DNA from: an uncultured Candidatus Saccharibacteria bacterium
GTDB taxonomy: Bacteria; Patescibacteriota; Minisyncoccia; Phycocordibacterales; SBAW01
Assembly (NCBI GenBank): GCA_964367315.1
Contig: CAYIWV010000002.1
Span: 1-41,525, forward strand
Reading direction: 5' to 3'
Length of the DNA: 41,525 nt
Shown in pieces: positions 1 through 7,762 of the stretch. Below the pieces are notes generated by a model. That model saw nothing but the letters and a program-made list of their open reading frames with translations, did no database searches and was not told the origin of the DNA. A program made the position numbers and the translations under genes. How positions within the stretch are numbered: position 1 is the stretch's first letter; each line of letters opens with the position of its first letter.

Positions 1-1
1 G

Positions 2-949
2 AACCTCATCATCGCACATCAGTATGTCGATCAAATGGAGGAAGAGGTCCGCGACGCGGTCTTCGGCAACGTGGGGACGACCATCGCCTTTCGCGTGGGG
101 CCGTTCGATGCCGAGACATTGGAGAAGATATTCGAGCCGCAGTTTACCGCAACCGACCTGGTCAACCTGGGTTTTGCCCAGATATACCTCACCTTGATGA
201 TAGACGGCGTCGGCTCGCCGCCGTTTAGCGCGACGACGCTCCCGCCGTGGGATCCGCCGCCCGAGCGGTATGTCGACAAGGTACTCGAGAGCTCGCGCCA
301 GCAATTTGGCAAGCCGCGCGAGATAGTCCAAACGGCGATAGATACATGGATGCAATCCGACCCGTTTAATCCCGATCCGCCGAAGCCAAAATATCCGCGC
401 CCGGCACCCCACCCAGCACCTCAGAGAACTCCGGTGTCGCCAACAGTCCCCCCCCCCACAACCCCGCCCCCCCCCCGACCACATTCGGCCCCCCCCCCAG
501 AACGACGCGCGCCCCCCGGACGACCGCCCAAGCCCCCCCCCCACCCTCAGACACCGCGGGTGTCGAACGGTGGCCGCGCCCCCTCCCCCGTGGCCGGGCG
601 CGTCCAGCTTGCGACGCCTCCGCATGCAGGAGGCGAGCAGCCGTACGTCCGGCAAGAGCCCCCGCGCCCTCCTGCGCCGAAGAGTCCGCAGGAGTTAAGC
701 GAGCGCCTCGCACACCAACATGTAGTGGCGCAGAGTAAGGCTTTGCGGCAAGAGCCGCCTGCGCCGCGCCCGACACCCCCGCCGCCCCCAAAACCGCGGC
801 TCGAGGGCGCGACGAGCCTGCGTGATGCGCTCTCCGCCATAACCAAGCGTCCCGAGGAGCCCAAACCGCCAAAAAACGACCCTGCGGCACCCCCCTTGTC
901 TAAAGACGAGATGGCGTCTATGCTTGCCGTTGATGAAGGCAACAGGTAA
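2..949 (+). CDS. 3' portion of a TraD/VirD4-like coupling-type ATPase (T4SS DNA-binding / TraM-recognition family) ending in a ~200-aa proline-rich tail; 5' end lies outside the window
   Basis: The frame is open from the window edge (codons from nt 2: NLIIAHQYVDQMEEEVRDAVFGNVGTTIAFRVGPFDAE...DLVNL...IYLTLMIDG). I recognise this block from the C-terminal end of coupling-protein-like ATPases. The rest is low-complexity Pro-rich sequence (PPPTTPPPPRP, PPKPPPHP, two RQEPPxP repeats). Stop TAA at 947-949. Confidence 0.55.
   Translation, partial: NLIIAHQYVDQMEEEVRDAVFGNVGTTIAFRVGPFDAETLEKIFEPQFTATDLVNLGFAQIYLTLMIDGVGSPPFSATTLPPWDPPPERYVDKVLESSRQQFGKPREIVQTAIDTWMQSDPFNPDPPKPKYPRPAPHPAPQRTPVSPTVPPPTTPPPPRPHSAPPPERRAPPGRPPKPPPHPQTPRVSNGGRAPSPVAGRVQLATPPHAGGEQPYVRQEPPRPPAPKSPQELSERLAHQHVVAQSKALRQEPPAPRPTPPPPPKPRLEGATSLRDALSAITKRPEEPKPPKNDPAAPPLSKDEMASMLAVDEGNR
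448..542 (+). repeat. Cluster of four C10 homopolymer tracts (448-457, 467-476, 489-498, 533-542) plus a C6 tract (512-517) inside the Pro-rich coding tail
   Basis: Counted directly in the sequence; all tracts are read as CCC proline codons in the ORF frame. Confidence 0.9.
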
Positions 950-2048
950 TCTTTTTACACTCCTCTTCTTACTTTTTTTGTGGGCCCCCGCCGAGGCCCT
1001 GGCGCTTGTCAATATTAATACGGCAGGCAATGCCGAGCTCGAATCCCTGCCCGAAATAGGCCCCGCGAAAGCGCAGGCAATTATCGACTACCGCACGGGG
1101 CCGAGTGGCCCCTTCGAAACGAAGGAAGAGATCATGGATGTAAGCGGCATCGGACCCGCCACCTACGAGACAATCAAGGATCTTATTACGGTGGGCGAGG
1201 CGAGCACCCCGGGCGGCTCATCCGGCACCACCGGCACCGGTGGTGCCGGCGCCGGTGGAGGTGCCGCAGGGGGAGGAGGTTCTGGTTCATCGGGCGGGTC
1301 GGGTACAGAGGCCCCGCCGCTGAAGTCGGTGCAGATAGAGGCGCCGAGCACCGCCGTGGCGCAAGCGCCGTCGCGCCTCTTTGCCCGCGCAACGGATACG
1401 AAAGGCCAGAATCTTTCTTTTGGCGTGCGCGCGAGTTGGAATTTTGGCGATGGCTCGCTCGGGGACGAGCAGGAGGCTTTGCATACCTATGCATACGCCG
1501 GGGCCTACATCGTGACCGTCGCCGTGAGGTATAAGGGCGAGGAGATAAGCGCGCGCACGACCATGAAAATCGTTGCGCCCAATATTGCGCTTACTGTGCC
1601 GGGCGACGGCTCGCTTGAGGTCGTCAACGGCACGGAGGCAGAGGTCGACCTTGGCGGATGGATGATTATAGACCGCGGCGCAACCTTTGTTATCCCGCCG
1701 GGGACCGTACTTGCGGCGGGGGCTACACTGCGCTTTTCTCCTGCCGCCACCGGCCTCGCGGGGAGTCCTGCGGCAACACTTTACTTCCCGAGCGGCATTG
1801 CGGTGCCGGCGGCGCCTGTAGCAAAGGCCGCATATACGGCGAGCGTGCCAGTAGCGCGCGCTGCGCCGCCGCAAGATATCGTCTCGGCTCCGCTTGGAGC
1901 CGCTGCCGCGGCTGCAGCGCCCGCGACCGATTATTTACCGTGGGCCGGTCTTGCTACGGTGCTTGTGTTTGGCATAGCGGGCGCATGGTTTGCCCGCCGG
2001 TCGCCGAGCGAAACTAAGCCGGCCGCGGAGGAGTTTGATATTGAGTAG
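933..2048 (+). CDS. ComEA-like helix-hairpin-helix DNA-binding protein fused to PKD and lamin-tail (LTD) domains, with N-terminal signal/anchor and C-terminal TM helix
   Basis: ATG at 933 (in-frame TTG at 924). Hydrophobic N-terminus LFTLLFLLFLWAPAEA. ComEA block LVNINTAGNAELESLPEIGPAKAQAIIDYR...VSGIGPATYETIKDLI. Gly-rich linker. PKD signature WNFGDGS...HTYAYAGAYIVTVAV. LTD-like VVNGTEAEVDLGGWMI...IPPGTVLAAGATLRF. C-terminal TM LPWAGLATVLVFGIAGAWFA. Confidence 0.75.
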   Translation: MKATGNLFTLLFLLFLWAPAEALALVNINTAGNAELESLPEIGPAKAQAIIDYRTGPSGPFETKEEIMDVSGIGPATYETIKDLITVGEASTPGGSSGTTGTGGAGAGGGAAGGGGSGSSGGSGTEAPPLKSVQIEAPSTAVAQAPSRLFARATDTKGQNLSFGVRASWNFGDGSLGDEQEALHTYAYAGAYIVTVAVRYKGEEISARTTMKIVAPNIALTVPGDGSLEVVNGTEAEVDLGGWMIIDRGATFVIPPGTVLAAGATLRFSPAATGLAGSPAATLYFPSGIAVPAAPVAKAAYTASVPVARAAPPQDIVSAPLGAAAAAAAPATDYLPWAGLATVLVFGIAGAWFARRSPSETKPAAEEFDIE

Positions 2049-2086
2049 GGGGCTTTTTTGTGTTACAACAATGGCCCTTGCCAGAT

Positions 2087-3559
2087 ATGTCAAACGGGAC
2101 CAAAAAAACCAAGCTCATTCTTGTTACCGGCGGCGCCGGGTTTGTCGGGTCGCGGCTGATTGAGCGCTTGGTTAAAGACGGTCATCGCGTCGTCTCGCTG
2201 GACAACTACTTTACCGGCATCCGGGACAACCATGTGCCCGGGGCGGAGTATCGCGAGGGCCACACCCGCGATATCGAAAAACATGTACCCGAGCACCCCG
2301 ACCTGGTGTACCACTTTGGCGAATACGCCCGCGTGGAGAAAAGCTTTGAGGATCCGATCCACTTTATCTGGGACTTGAACATCGCCGGCACTTTTGCCGT
2401 GCTGGAGTTTTGCCGCAAGCGCGGCGCCAAGCTCGTGTATGCGGGTTCGTCGACCAAGTTTGCCGACGACGGCGCGGGGAAGTCGCAGAGCCCCTATGCG
2501 TGGAGCAAGTCCGCGAACACGGAGCTCGTGCGCAATTATGGCGAATGGTTCAAGCTCCCGTACGCAATCACGTACTTTTACAACGTGTACGGCGAGGGCG
2601 AGATAGCGGGCGGGCCGTATGCGACCGTCGTCGGCATCTTTAAGGAAAAATATAAGCGCGGGCATCCGCTGACGGTCGTTTCTCCGGGCACGCAGCTGCG
2701 CAACTTTACGCATATCGACGACACGGTCGACGGACTCCTTGTGGTAGGAGAGCGCGGGCAGGGAGATGAGTTTGGCATCGGCAACGAGCGCGCGTACTCG
2801 GTGCTTGAGCTGGCGCGGCTCTTCGGCGCCGAGGTGGTGATGCTGCCCGAGCGGCGCGGCAACCGCATGAGCGGCTCGGTCATCTCCGAAAAAACGCGCG
2901 CGCTCGGCTGGGAGCCTAAACGCTCGCTGGAGAGCCATATCCGCGAGTTCGTCGAGCTCCACAAGGGCGTGGTGCCGACCGAAAAGCGCGTGCTCGTGTT
3001 CTCGACCACGTTTGCGCCTATCGGCGGGGCGGCAGAGCATGCGCTCGGCGACGTCATCGAGGCCATGCCCGATGTGCATTTCGACGTGATTACGACGAAG
3101 TTCGCGCCCGGGCTTGCCGATGTCGAGCAGCTGCTCCCCAATGTTACAGTGTATCGGGTGGGGGTCGGCCGGCCGTCGGATAAATACCTCTTGCCGTACC
3201 GCGGCGCGCGCATCGCGCGCGAGCTTATACGGCAGCACCGGTACATCTTTATATGGTCGGTGCTCGCAAGCTATGGCGCGCTTGCGGCGGCGCTTGCGCG
3301 CCGCAGTCAGCACAAGCCGCTCCCGCTCCTTGTCACCTTGGCCGACCAGCAGATACCCGGCGTGCTGTCTCTCCGGTATGTGCCGTTGCGCTTTGCGCTG
3401 CGCCGCGCCGACCAGGTGTCGACCACCTCGGAGCGCCAGGAGCGCGACGTCTCCCGCGCGGCGCCCCGGTCGGCTGTCACGCTCTCGAACCGTTCTGGCG
3501 ACCCGTTTGCCAACCAGCTGCGATTTCTCTACAACGCGATACTCAAAAAGTATCAGTAA
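2087..3559 (+). CDS. NAD-dependent sugar epimerase/dehydratase (extended SDR) fused to an orphan N-terminal half of a GT4-type glycosyltransferase
   Basis: ATG at 2087 (GTG at 2060 also in frame). Rossmann motif LILVTGGAGFVGSRLIERL and YxxxK motif YAWSK. The C-terminal ~190 aa (RVLVFSTTFAPIGGAAEHAL..DVHFDVITTKFAPG) align by eye with the N-terminus of the GT4 at 4511 (KVLIFSLAYYPRVGGAEVAL..DIEFDIVTKRFSP). No donor-binding half follows. Confidence 0.8.
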   Translation: MSNGTKKTKLILVTGGAGFVGSRLIERLVKDGHRVVSLDNYFTGIRDNHVPGAEYREGHTRDIEKHVPEHPDLVYHFGEYARVEKSFEDPIHFIWDLNIAGTFAVLEFCRKRGAKLVYAGSSTKFADDGAGKSQSPYAWSKSANTELVRNYGEWFKLPYAITYFYNVYGEGEIAGGPYATVVGIFKEKYKRGHPLTVVSPGTQLRNFTHIDDTVDGLLVVGERGQGDEFGIGNERAYSVLELARLFGAEVVMLPERRGNRMSGSVISEKTRALGWEPKRSLESHIREFVELHKGVVPTEKRVLVFSTTFAPIGGAAEHALGDVIEAMPDVHFDVITTKFAPGLADVEQLLPNVTVYRVGVGRPSDKYLLPYRGARIARELIRQHRYIFIWSVLASYGALAAALARRSQHKPLPLLVTLADQQIPGVLSLRYVPLRFALRRADQVSTTSERQERDVSRAAPRSAVTLSNRSGDPFANQLRFLYNAILKKYQ

Positions 3560-3562
3560 TAG

Positions 3563-3593
3563 AAAAACCTCGACGCGCTGCGCCGAGGCTTTG
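3563..3593 (-). terminator. Hairpin terminator between convergent genes; the T-run is on the minus strand
   Basis: CCTCG-a-CGC GCT GCG-c-CGAGG hairpin at 3568-3588 (5 bp, one mismatch, 3 bp). It is flanked by AAAAA (3563-3567), which reads as TTTTT downstream on the minus strand. It lies downstream of the minus-strand ORF ending at 3640 and just after the plus-strand stop at 3559. Confidence 0.4.
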
Positions 3594-3639
3594 GAGAGGT
3601 TCTCCGAGGATCTCTCAATTTTTCTTGAAATTCAGCCCA

Positions 3640-3861
3640 TCAGCAACCCAGCAGATTGGAACTCTGCATGTTCCTGGCGTGTAGTTCCACATCGTCTTCG
3701 CTGCCCTCGCTTTTCGAAGAACGGTCCGCAGCAGTCTTCCTTCGGAAGAACTCTTCCTGCTCCCGCTGCATTTTTGAAAACCGTTTCCCAATGATTTCAG
3801 CAATCACTGGAAATAGCGATACGACCGCTACGCATAGGACGAAAATCCACTGATACGTCAT
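3640..3861 (-). CDS. Small single-pass membrane protein (73 aa), function unknown
   Basis: Internal ATG at 3861 of ORF 3640-3990, preceded by AGAGGAGAA with about 6 nt spacing. One N-terminal TM helix (WIFVLCVAVVSLFPVIAEII) followed by a highly charged tail. It lies 30 nt downstream of the 168-aa ORF on the same strand. Confidence 0.5.
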   Translation of the reverse strand: MTYQWIFVLCVAVVSLFPVIAEIIGKRFSKMQREQEEFFRRKTAADRSSKSEGSEDDVELHARNMQSSNLLGC

Positions 3862-3890
3862 CGAGTTCTCCTCTTGTTGCAACAGGAACT

Positions 3891-4397
3891 TTATTTTCTC
3901 GGCGTGAAGTCCGCCGAGAAGGTCATTCCATGCTTGGCGAAGGCTTTGAGCGCCGTACTGCCGGATGAGCCGATGCCGGTATATCGCCATCGAAGCCGAG
4001 GGGTGCCCGCCCGGTATTCTTCGTTTGGGCAGCCGTGCTCAGCCATGATATATCGTTCATCGGCGAACCAGACGGCGATACAGTCATCGTCAAGCTTGAG
4101 CTTGGGCAGAGCAGTAAGGTTGTCGAGTGCCCAAGAAAATTTGCTTGCCTCCGGCATCTCGAATTTACCGTCGGCGTACCCAAGCGCGAGATACGCCCCG
4201 TTTTCGAGTTGCACCGCGGCAAGCAAGATGGTGGCATCAGTCTGCGGCCACCACTCGATGTCGCCGACGTTGACGACCTTGACGCCGTCGACATGCGCCG
4301 CCTCAAACTCCTTGCGGAGTTTTGGCGTGTCGCGTTTTACGCGGACCCAAAATTCTTCGCTCTGCCGTCTGAGCGCCTCGGGGGAATAATCTCGCAT
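3891..4397 (-). CDS. Hypothetical soluble protein (168 aa), no family recognised
   Basis: Balanced amino-acid composition, unlike the Ser-rich overlapping plus-strand ORF 3874-4389. AAAGGG lies about 7 nt upstream of the ATG, and a near-consensus promoter lies upstream. Confidence 0.6.
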   Translation of the reverse strand: MRDYSPEALRRQSEEFWVRVKRDTPKLRKEFEAAHVDGVKVVNVGDIEWWPQTDATILLAAVQLENGAYLALGYADGKFEMPEASKFSWALDNLTALPKLKLDDDCIAVWFADERYIMAEHGCPNEEYRAGTPRLRWRYTGIGSSGSTALKAFAKHGMTFSADFTPRK

Positions 4398-4433
4398 TTT
4401 TCAGCCCTTTCTGTACGGTTAATCTCCACAAGC

Positions 4434-4462
4434 ATTTTACTATATTGTCAAACAAATGTCAA
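4434..4462 (-). promoter_or_regulatory. Near-consensus sigma70-type promoter for the minus-strand two-gene unit
   Basis: The minus strand reads TTGACA (4462-4457), a 17-nt spacer, then TAAAAT (4439-4434). This sits about 37 nt upstream of the ATG at 4397. Confidence 0.55.
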
Positions 4463-4510
4463 ATGAAGCACCTCCCGCTCTTTTCTTTTGTTATATAAGG
4501 CCGTACCCTT

Positions 4511-5602
4511 ATGCATGTGAAGAAAGTCCTTATATTCTCGCTCGCGTATTACCCGCGCGTGGGCGGGGCCGAGGTGGCTCTTAAAGAGATAACCGAGCGC
4601 ATCGGCGATATCGAGTTTGATATCGTGACCAAACGGTTCTCCCCCGCGGACGCCAAGGAGGAGCGTATCGGCTCCGTACAGGTGCACCGCGTCTCGGGGC
4701 CAAAGTTTTTGTACCCGCTTATGGCGGCGCGCAAGGCCTACTTCCTGCATCGGGCTCGTCCGTACCACGGCGCGTGGGCGATGATGAGCTACATGCTCTT
4801 CCCAATCGTGCTGTTGCGCATGGCGGGCGTCGCGCTGCCGTATGTGTTGACGCTCCAGGAAGGGGACCCCTTCCGCCATATGTTCGGGCGGCTGCATATT
4901 TTACCCTTTCGCCCCCTGCTCGGCTGGGGGTTTCGGCATGCGCGTATCGTGCAGGTTATATCAACATACCTCGCGGGGTGGGCGCGGCAGATGCGCTACC
5001 CAGGCATAATCGAGGTGATCCCCAACGGCGTCGATGTCGCGAAATTTAGCGGAGACAAAGTCCCACACGAAGGCGTCGTTCTGGTAACCTCCTCGCGCCT
5101 GGTGCGCAAAAACGGGGTCGACACGGTAATCCGCGCGCTCCCGATGCTCCCCGGGGTGCAGTTTGCGGTGCTCGGCTCCGGGCCGGATGAGGCGCCGCTT
5201 AAGGCGCTCGCCAAAGAGTTCAAGGTAGAGGACCGCGTACACTTTAGGGGTCATGTCGAGCATGCCGACTTGCCGCGGCACCTGCACCATGCCGACATCT
5301 TCGTGCGGCCGAGCCGCTCGGAGGGCATGGGGAACTCTTTCATCGAGGCGTTTGCCGCGGGGCTCCCGGTCATTGCCACGCAAGTCGGCGGGCTTAAGGA
5401 TTTTATAACGAGCGACGTTGCCTGGCCGGTGCGGCCCGACATCCCGAGCGATATCGCCACTGCGGTCAAAGATATTCTGCAGGACCCCGAGCGCGCGCGG
5501 CGGGCCGTCGAGCGGGCATCTGCGCTCGCGCGCGGCACATACGAATGGGACTTCATAGCGAAAGATATGCGGGAAAAAGTCTTCGCTCAACTTTTCGTAT
5601 GA
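4511..5602 (+). CDS. Glycosyltransferase, GT4 family (GT-B fold)
   Basis: C-terminal donor-binding motif PSRSEGMGNSFIEAFAAGLPVIATQVGGLKDFI (EX7E type) and typical length of 363 aa. Confidence 0.85.
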   Translation: MHVKKVLIFSLAYYPRVGGAEVALKEITERIGDIEFDIVTKRFSPADAKEERIGSVQVHRVSGPKFLYPLMAARKAYFLHRARPYHGAWAMMSYMLFPIVLLRMAGVALPYVLTLQEGDPFRHMFGRLHILPFRPLLGWGFRHARIVQVISTYLAGWARQMRYPGIIEVIPNGVDVAKFSGDKVPHEGVVLVTSSRLVRKNGVDTVIRALPMLPGVQFAVLGSGPDEAPLKALAKEFKVEDRVHFRGHVEHADLPRHLHHADIFVRPSRSEGMGNSFIEAFAAGLPVIATQVGGLKDFITSDVAWPVRPDIPSDIATAVKDILQDPERARRAVERASALARGTYEWDFIAKDMREKVFAQLFV

Positions 5603-6612
5603 ATATAGTACTCGCACTCGGCAACAGCGCGGACACGGGCGGGCCGACGGCCTATGCGAACAATATGCGCGAGCGGTTTATAACACGCGGCCACGCGGTG
5701 CGCTTTGTCACCTACGGGCCACTGCTGCGGCGCTTGCCGAGCGGCATTCGCCATCTTGGGTATGCGGGCAAATTGTATTGGCATCTATTGCGCTCCGATG
5801 CGGCGCTCGGCTTTGACACGATGACGGTCGGCGTACCGCTCATGCTGGCGTCGGCGCTCGCGCGGCGGCCCTACCTTATCCGCGTCGGTGGGGATTTTGT
5901 GTGGGAGCAATATGTCGAGCGGACGGGGGATTTGATAAAGCTCTCGCGGTTTTATGCCGAGGCAAAAAATAAGCTGTCTTTTAAGGCGCGCCTCGAGATG
6001 CGGCTGACTCGCGCGGTGGTGCGCCGCGCCGCGCGAGTACTGTTTAATTCGGCGTGGCTTAAAGATATCTGGCGCAAAGAGTACGGCTTTGACGATGCAA
6101 AAACGTTTATCTTGGAAAATGTTTACCCGCCTCGACGCGCAGGTATGCCGCCGGAGGGGAGGGTGTTCGTCGCGGCGGGGCGGCCGATAAAACTGAAGCA
6201 AGAGAATGTACTGCGGGAGATATTCGAAGAGTTACAAAAGAAGCACCCTGATATTTCGCTCGATACCAAAGTGCTCCCCGCCGCCGAGCATGCTGCGCGC
6301 GTCGCGCGCGCCTATGCGGTGGTGCTCCCGTCGATCGGCGACGTGTCGCCGAACGCCATCATCGACGCGGTTGTGGCAGGCAAACCTTTCGTGTGTACCG
6401 ACGACACGGGCATTAAAGAGCGTCTCGCGGGGACGGGGCTTTTTGTCGATACGCAAGACGAGGGTGCGCTCGCCGCGGCGGTCGAGTCGCTGCTCGATAA
6501 GGCTACGTATGATGAAGTCGCGGCGCGGGTGCGGGCCTTTGCCTTCGTGCGGACGTGGGATGATCTCGCCGAGGAGGCATTGCGTGAAATAAAGAAAGTA
6601 TGCGCGTACTAA
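5599..6612 (+). CDS. GT-B fold glycosyltransferase (GT4-like)
   Basis: ATG at 5599 overlaps the upstream stop (ATGA). The N-terminus MNIVLALGNSADTGGPTAY and the C-terminal block LPSIGDVSPNAIIDAVVAGKPFVCTDDTGIKE fit GT4-like architecture. Confidence 0.7.
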   Translation: MNIVLALGNSADTGGPTAYANNMRERFITRGHAVRFVTYGPLLRRLPSGIRHLGYAGKLYWHLLRSDAALGFDTMTVGVPLMLASALARRPYLIRVGGDFVWEQYVERTGDLIKLSRFYAEAKNKLSFKARLEMRLTRAVVRRAARVLFNSAWLKDIWRKEYGFDDAKTFILENVYPPRRAGMPPEGRVFVAAGRPIKLKQENVLREIFEELQKKHPDISLDTKVLPAAEHAARVARAYAVVLPSIGDVSPNAIIDAVVAGKPFVCTDDTGIKERLAGTGLFVDTQDEGALAAAVESLLDKATYDEVAARVRAFAFVRTWDDLAEEALREIKKVCAY

Positions 6613-7652
6613 CCATAGGATCGGACCGGTCGCTCTTTATACAAGGCAGCCCCGCGCGGCTGCGCATCGCCGGCTACGCCGACGTGCTCGGCGAGCTCCA
6701 TATCATCGTGTTCGCGCTCGGGTCGCTGGGGCTTAGCGAGGTACACGACGGCGCACTGCATCTGTACCCGACCAACTCGCGCTCTAAACTAAGGTGCGTT
6801 TTCGACGCGATACGCATGGGTAAAAAAATCCCCGCCGATGTCGTAACGACGCAAGACCCCTTCGAAGCAGGGTGGGTAGGGTACCGTATTGCGCAAAAAC
6901 AGCGCGTACCGCTCCAACTGCAGGTCCACACCGATATTTTTGCCCCGTCGTTTGCGGCGGGCGTAAACAGGGTGCGGCTCATGGTGGCTAGATTTTTGTT
7001 TGGAGAGGCGTCATGCGTGCGCACCACCTCGCAGAGTCTTAAAGAGAAGATCGAAGCGCGCTATCGTCTCCGGGGCGCGGTCTCGGTGCTGCCGGTGTTT
7101 ATCGACCCGCAGATGTTGCGTGTAGTGGCACCTGTGGGTCTGCGGCAAAAATACTTGCAGTTCGACAAAATAGTGGTGAGCGCGAGCCGGCTCGAGCCGG
7201 AGAAGAACGTCGCGGCGACATTGCGGGTGTTCGCCAAGGTGCTGGAGAAACACCCCAAGGTCGGACTCATCCTCCTTAACACCGGAGGGGAGCGGGGGAG
7301 GCTCGCGGCGCTCGCGGTAAAGCTCGATATCGCTCACCATGTCGTGTTCGAAGGGTTTAGCGACGTCCCGGTCGGTTACTTTAAAGAAGCAGATGCGCTT
7401 ATCCAGACCTCGAACTACGAAGGGTACGGCATGGCCGTAATCGAGGCGCTTGCGGTCGGCTGCCCGGTGGTGTCGACCGATGTCGGCATCGCGCGCGAGG
7501 CCGGTGCGCACGTGTGGGATACGCAGGGCCTTGCCGAGATACTCTCCGACGTCCTTGCCAAAGGAGAGCGGGGGTCGCTTACGATGCCGCTCCTTTCAAA
7601 AGAGCAGTATCTCGCCGAGTACAAACGCCTGCTTGAAACCTGCGGCGCATAG
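6600..7652 (+). CDS. Glycosyltransferase, GT4 family
   Basis: The start overlaps the upstream gene by 13 nt. Motif TSNYEGYGMAVIEALAVGCPVVSTDVGIAREAG. Confidence 0.85.
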   Translation: MRVLTIGSDRSLFIQGSPARLRIAGYADVLGELHIIVFALGSLGLSEVHDGALHLYPTNSRSKLRCVFDAIRMGKKIPADVVTTQDPFEAGWVGYRIAQKQRVPLQLQVHTDIFAPSFAAGVNRVRLMVARFLFGEASCVRTTSQSLKEKIEARYRLRGAVSVLPVFIDPQMLRVVAPVGLRQKYLQFDKIVVSASRLEPEKNVAATLRVFAKVLEKHPKVGLILLNTGGERGRLAALAVKLDIAHHVVFEGFSDVPVGYFKEADALIQTSNYEGYGMAVIEALAVGCPVVSTDVGIAREAGAHVWDTQGLAEILSDVLAKGERGSLTMPLLSKEQYLAEYKRLLETCGA

Positions 7653-7726
7653 AAGAGGTCGCGGGCGGGGGTTGCTATTGCAAAATTATTGAGGTATTTT
7701 GTCAATGCTTCATACGGAAGAAACCT

Positions 7727-7754
7727 ATTCAAATCAAGGGAGTTTTAGTATAGT
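7727..7754 (+). promoter_or_regulatory. Possible promoter with a very short leader for the gene at 7763
   Basis: ATTCAA, a 16-nt spacer, then TATAGT (7749-7754). The ATG lies only 8 nt after the -10 element. A similar GTATAGTA..GC-N6-8-ATG arrangement recurs at 41413-41429. Confidence 0.3.
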
Positions 7755-7762
7755 AAGCAACC

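Noticed and set aside
2049-2062. T-run (GGGGGCTTTTTTG) after the ComEA-like gene, considered as an intrinsic terminator.
   Set aside because: I could not find a convincing complementary stem immediately upstream, so I do not call a terminator here.
3874-4389. Plus-strand 171-aa ORF overlapping the minus-strand 168-aa gene.
   Set aside because: It is Ser/Ala/Leu-rich low-complexity sequence with no SD or promoter. The minus-strand ORF has balanced composition, a consensus promoter, an SD and a downstream partner gene.
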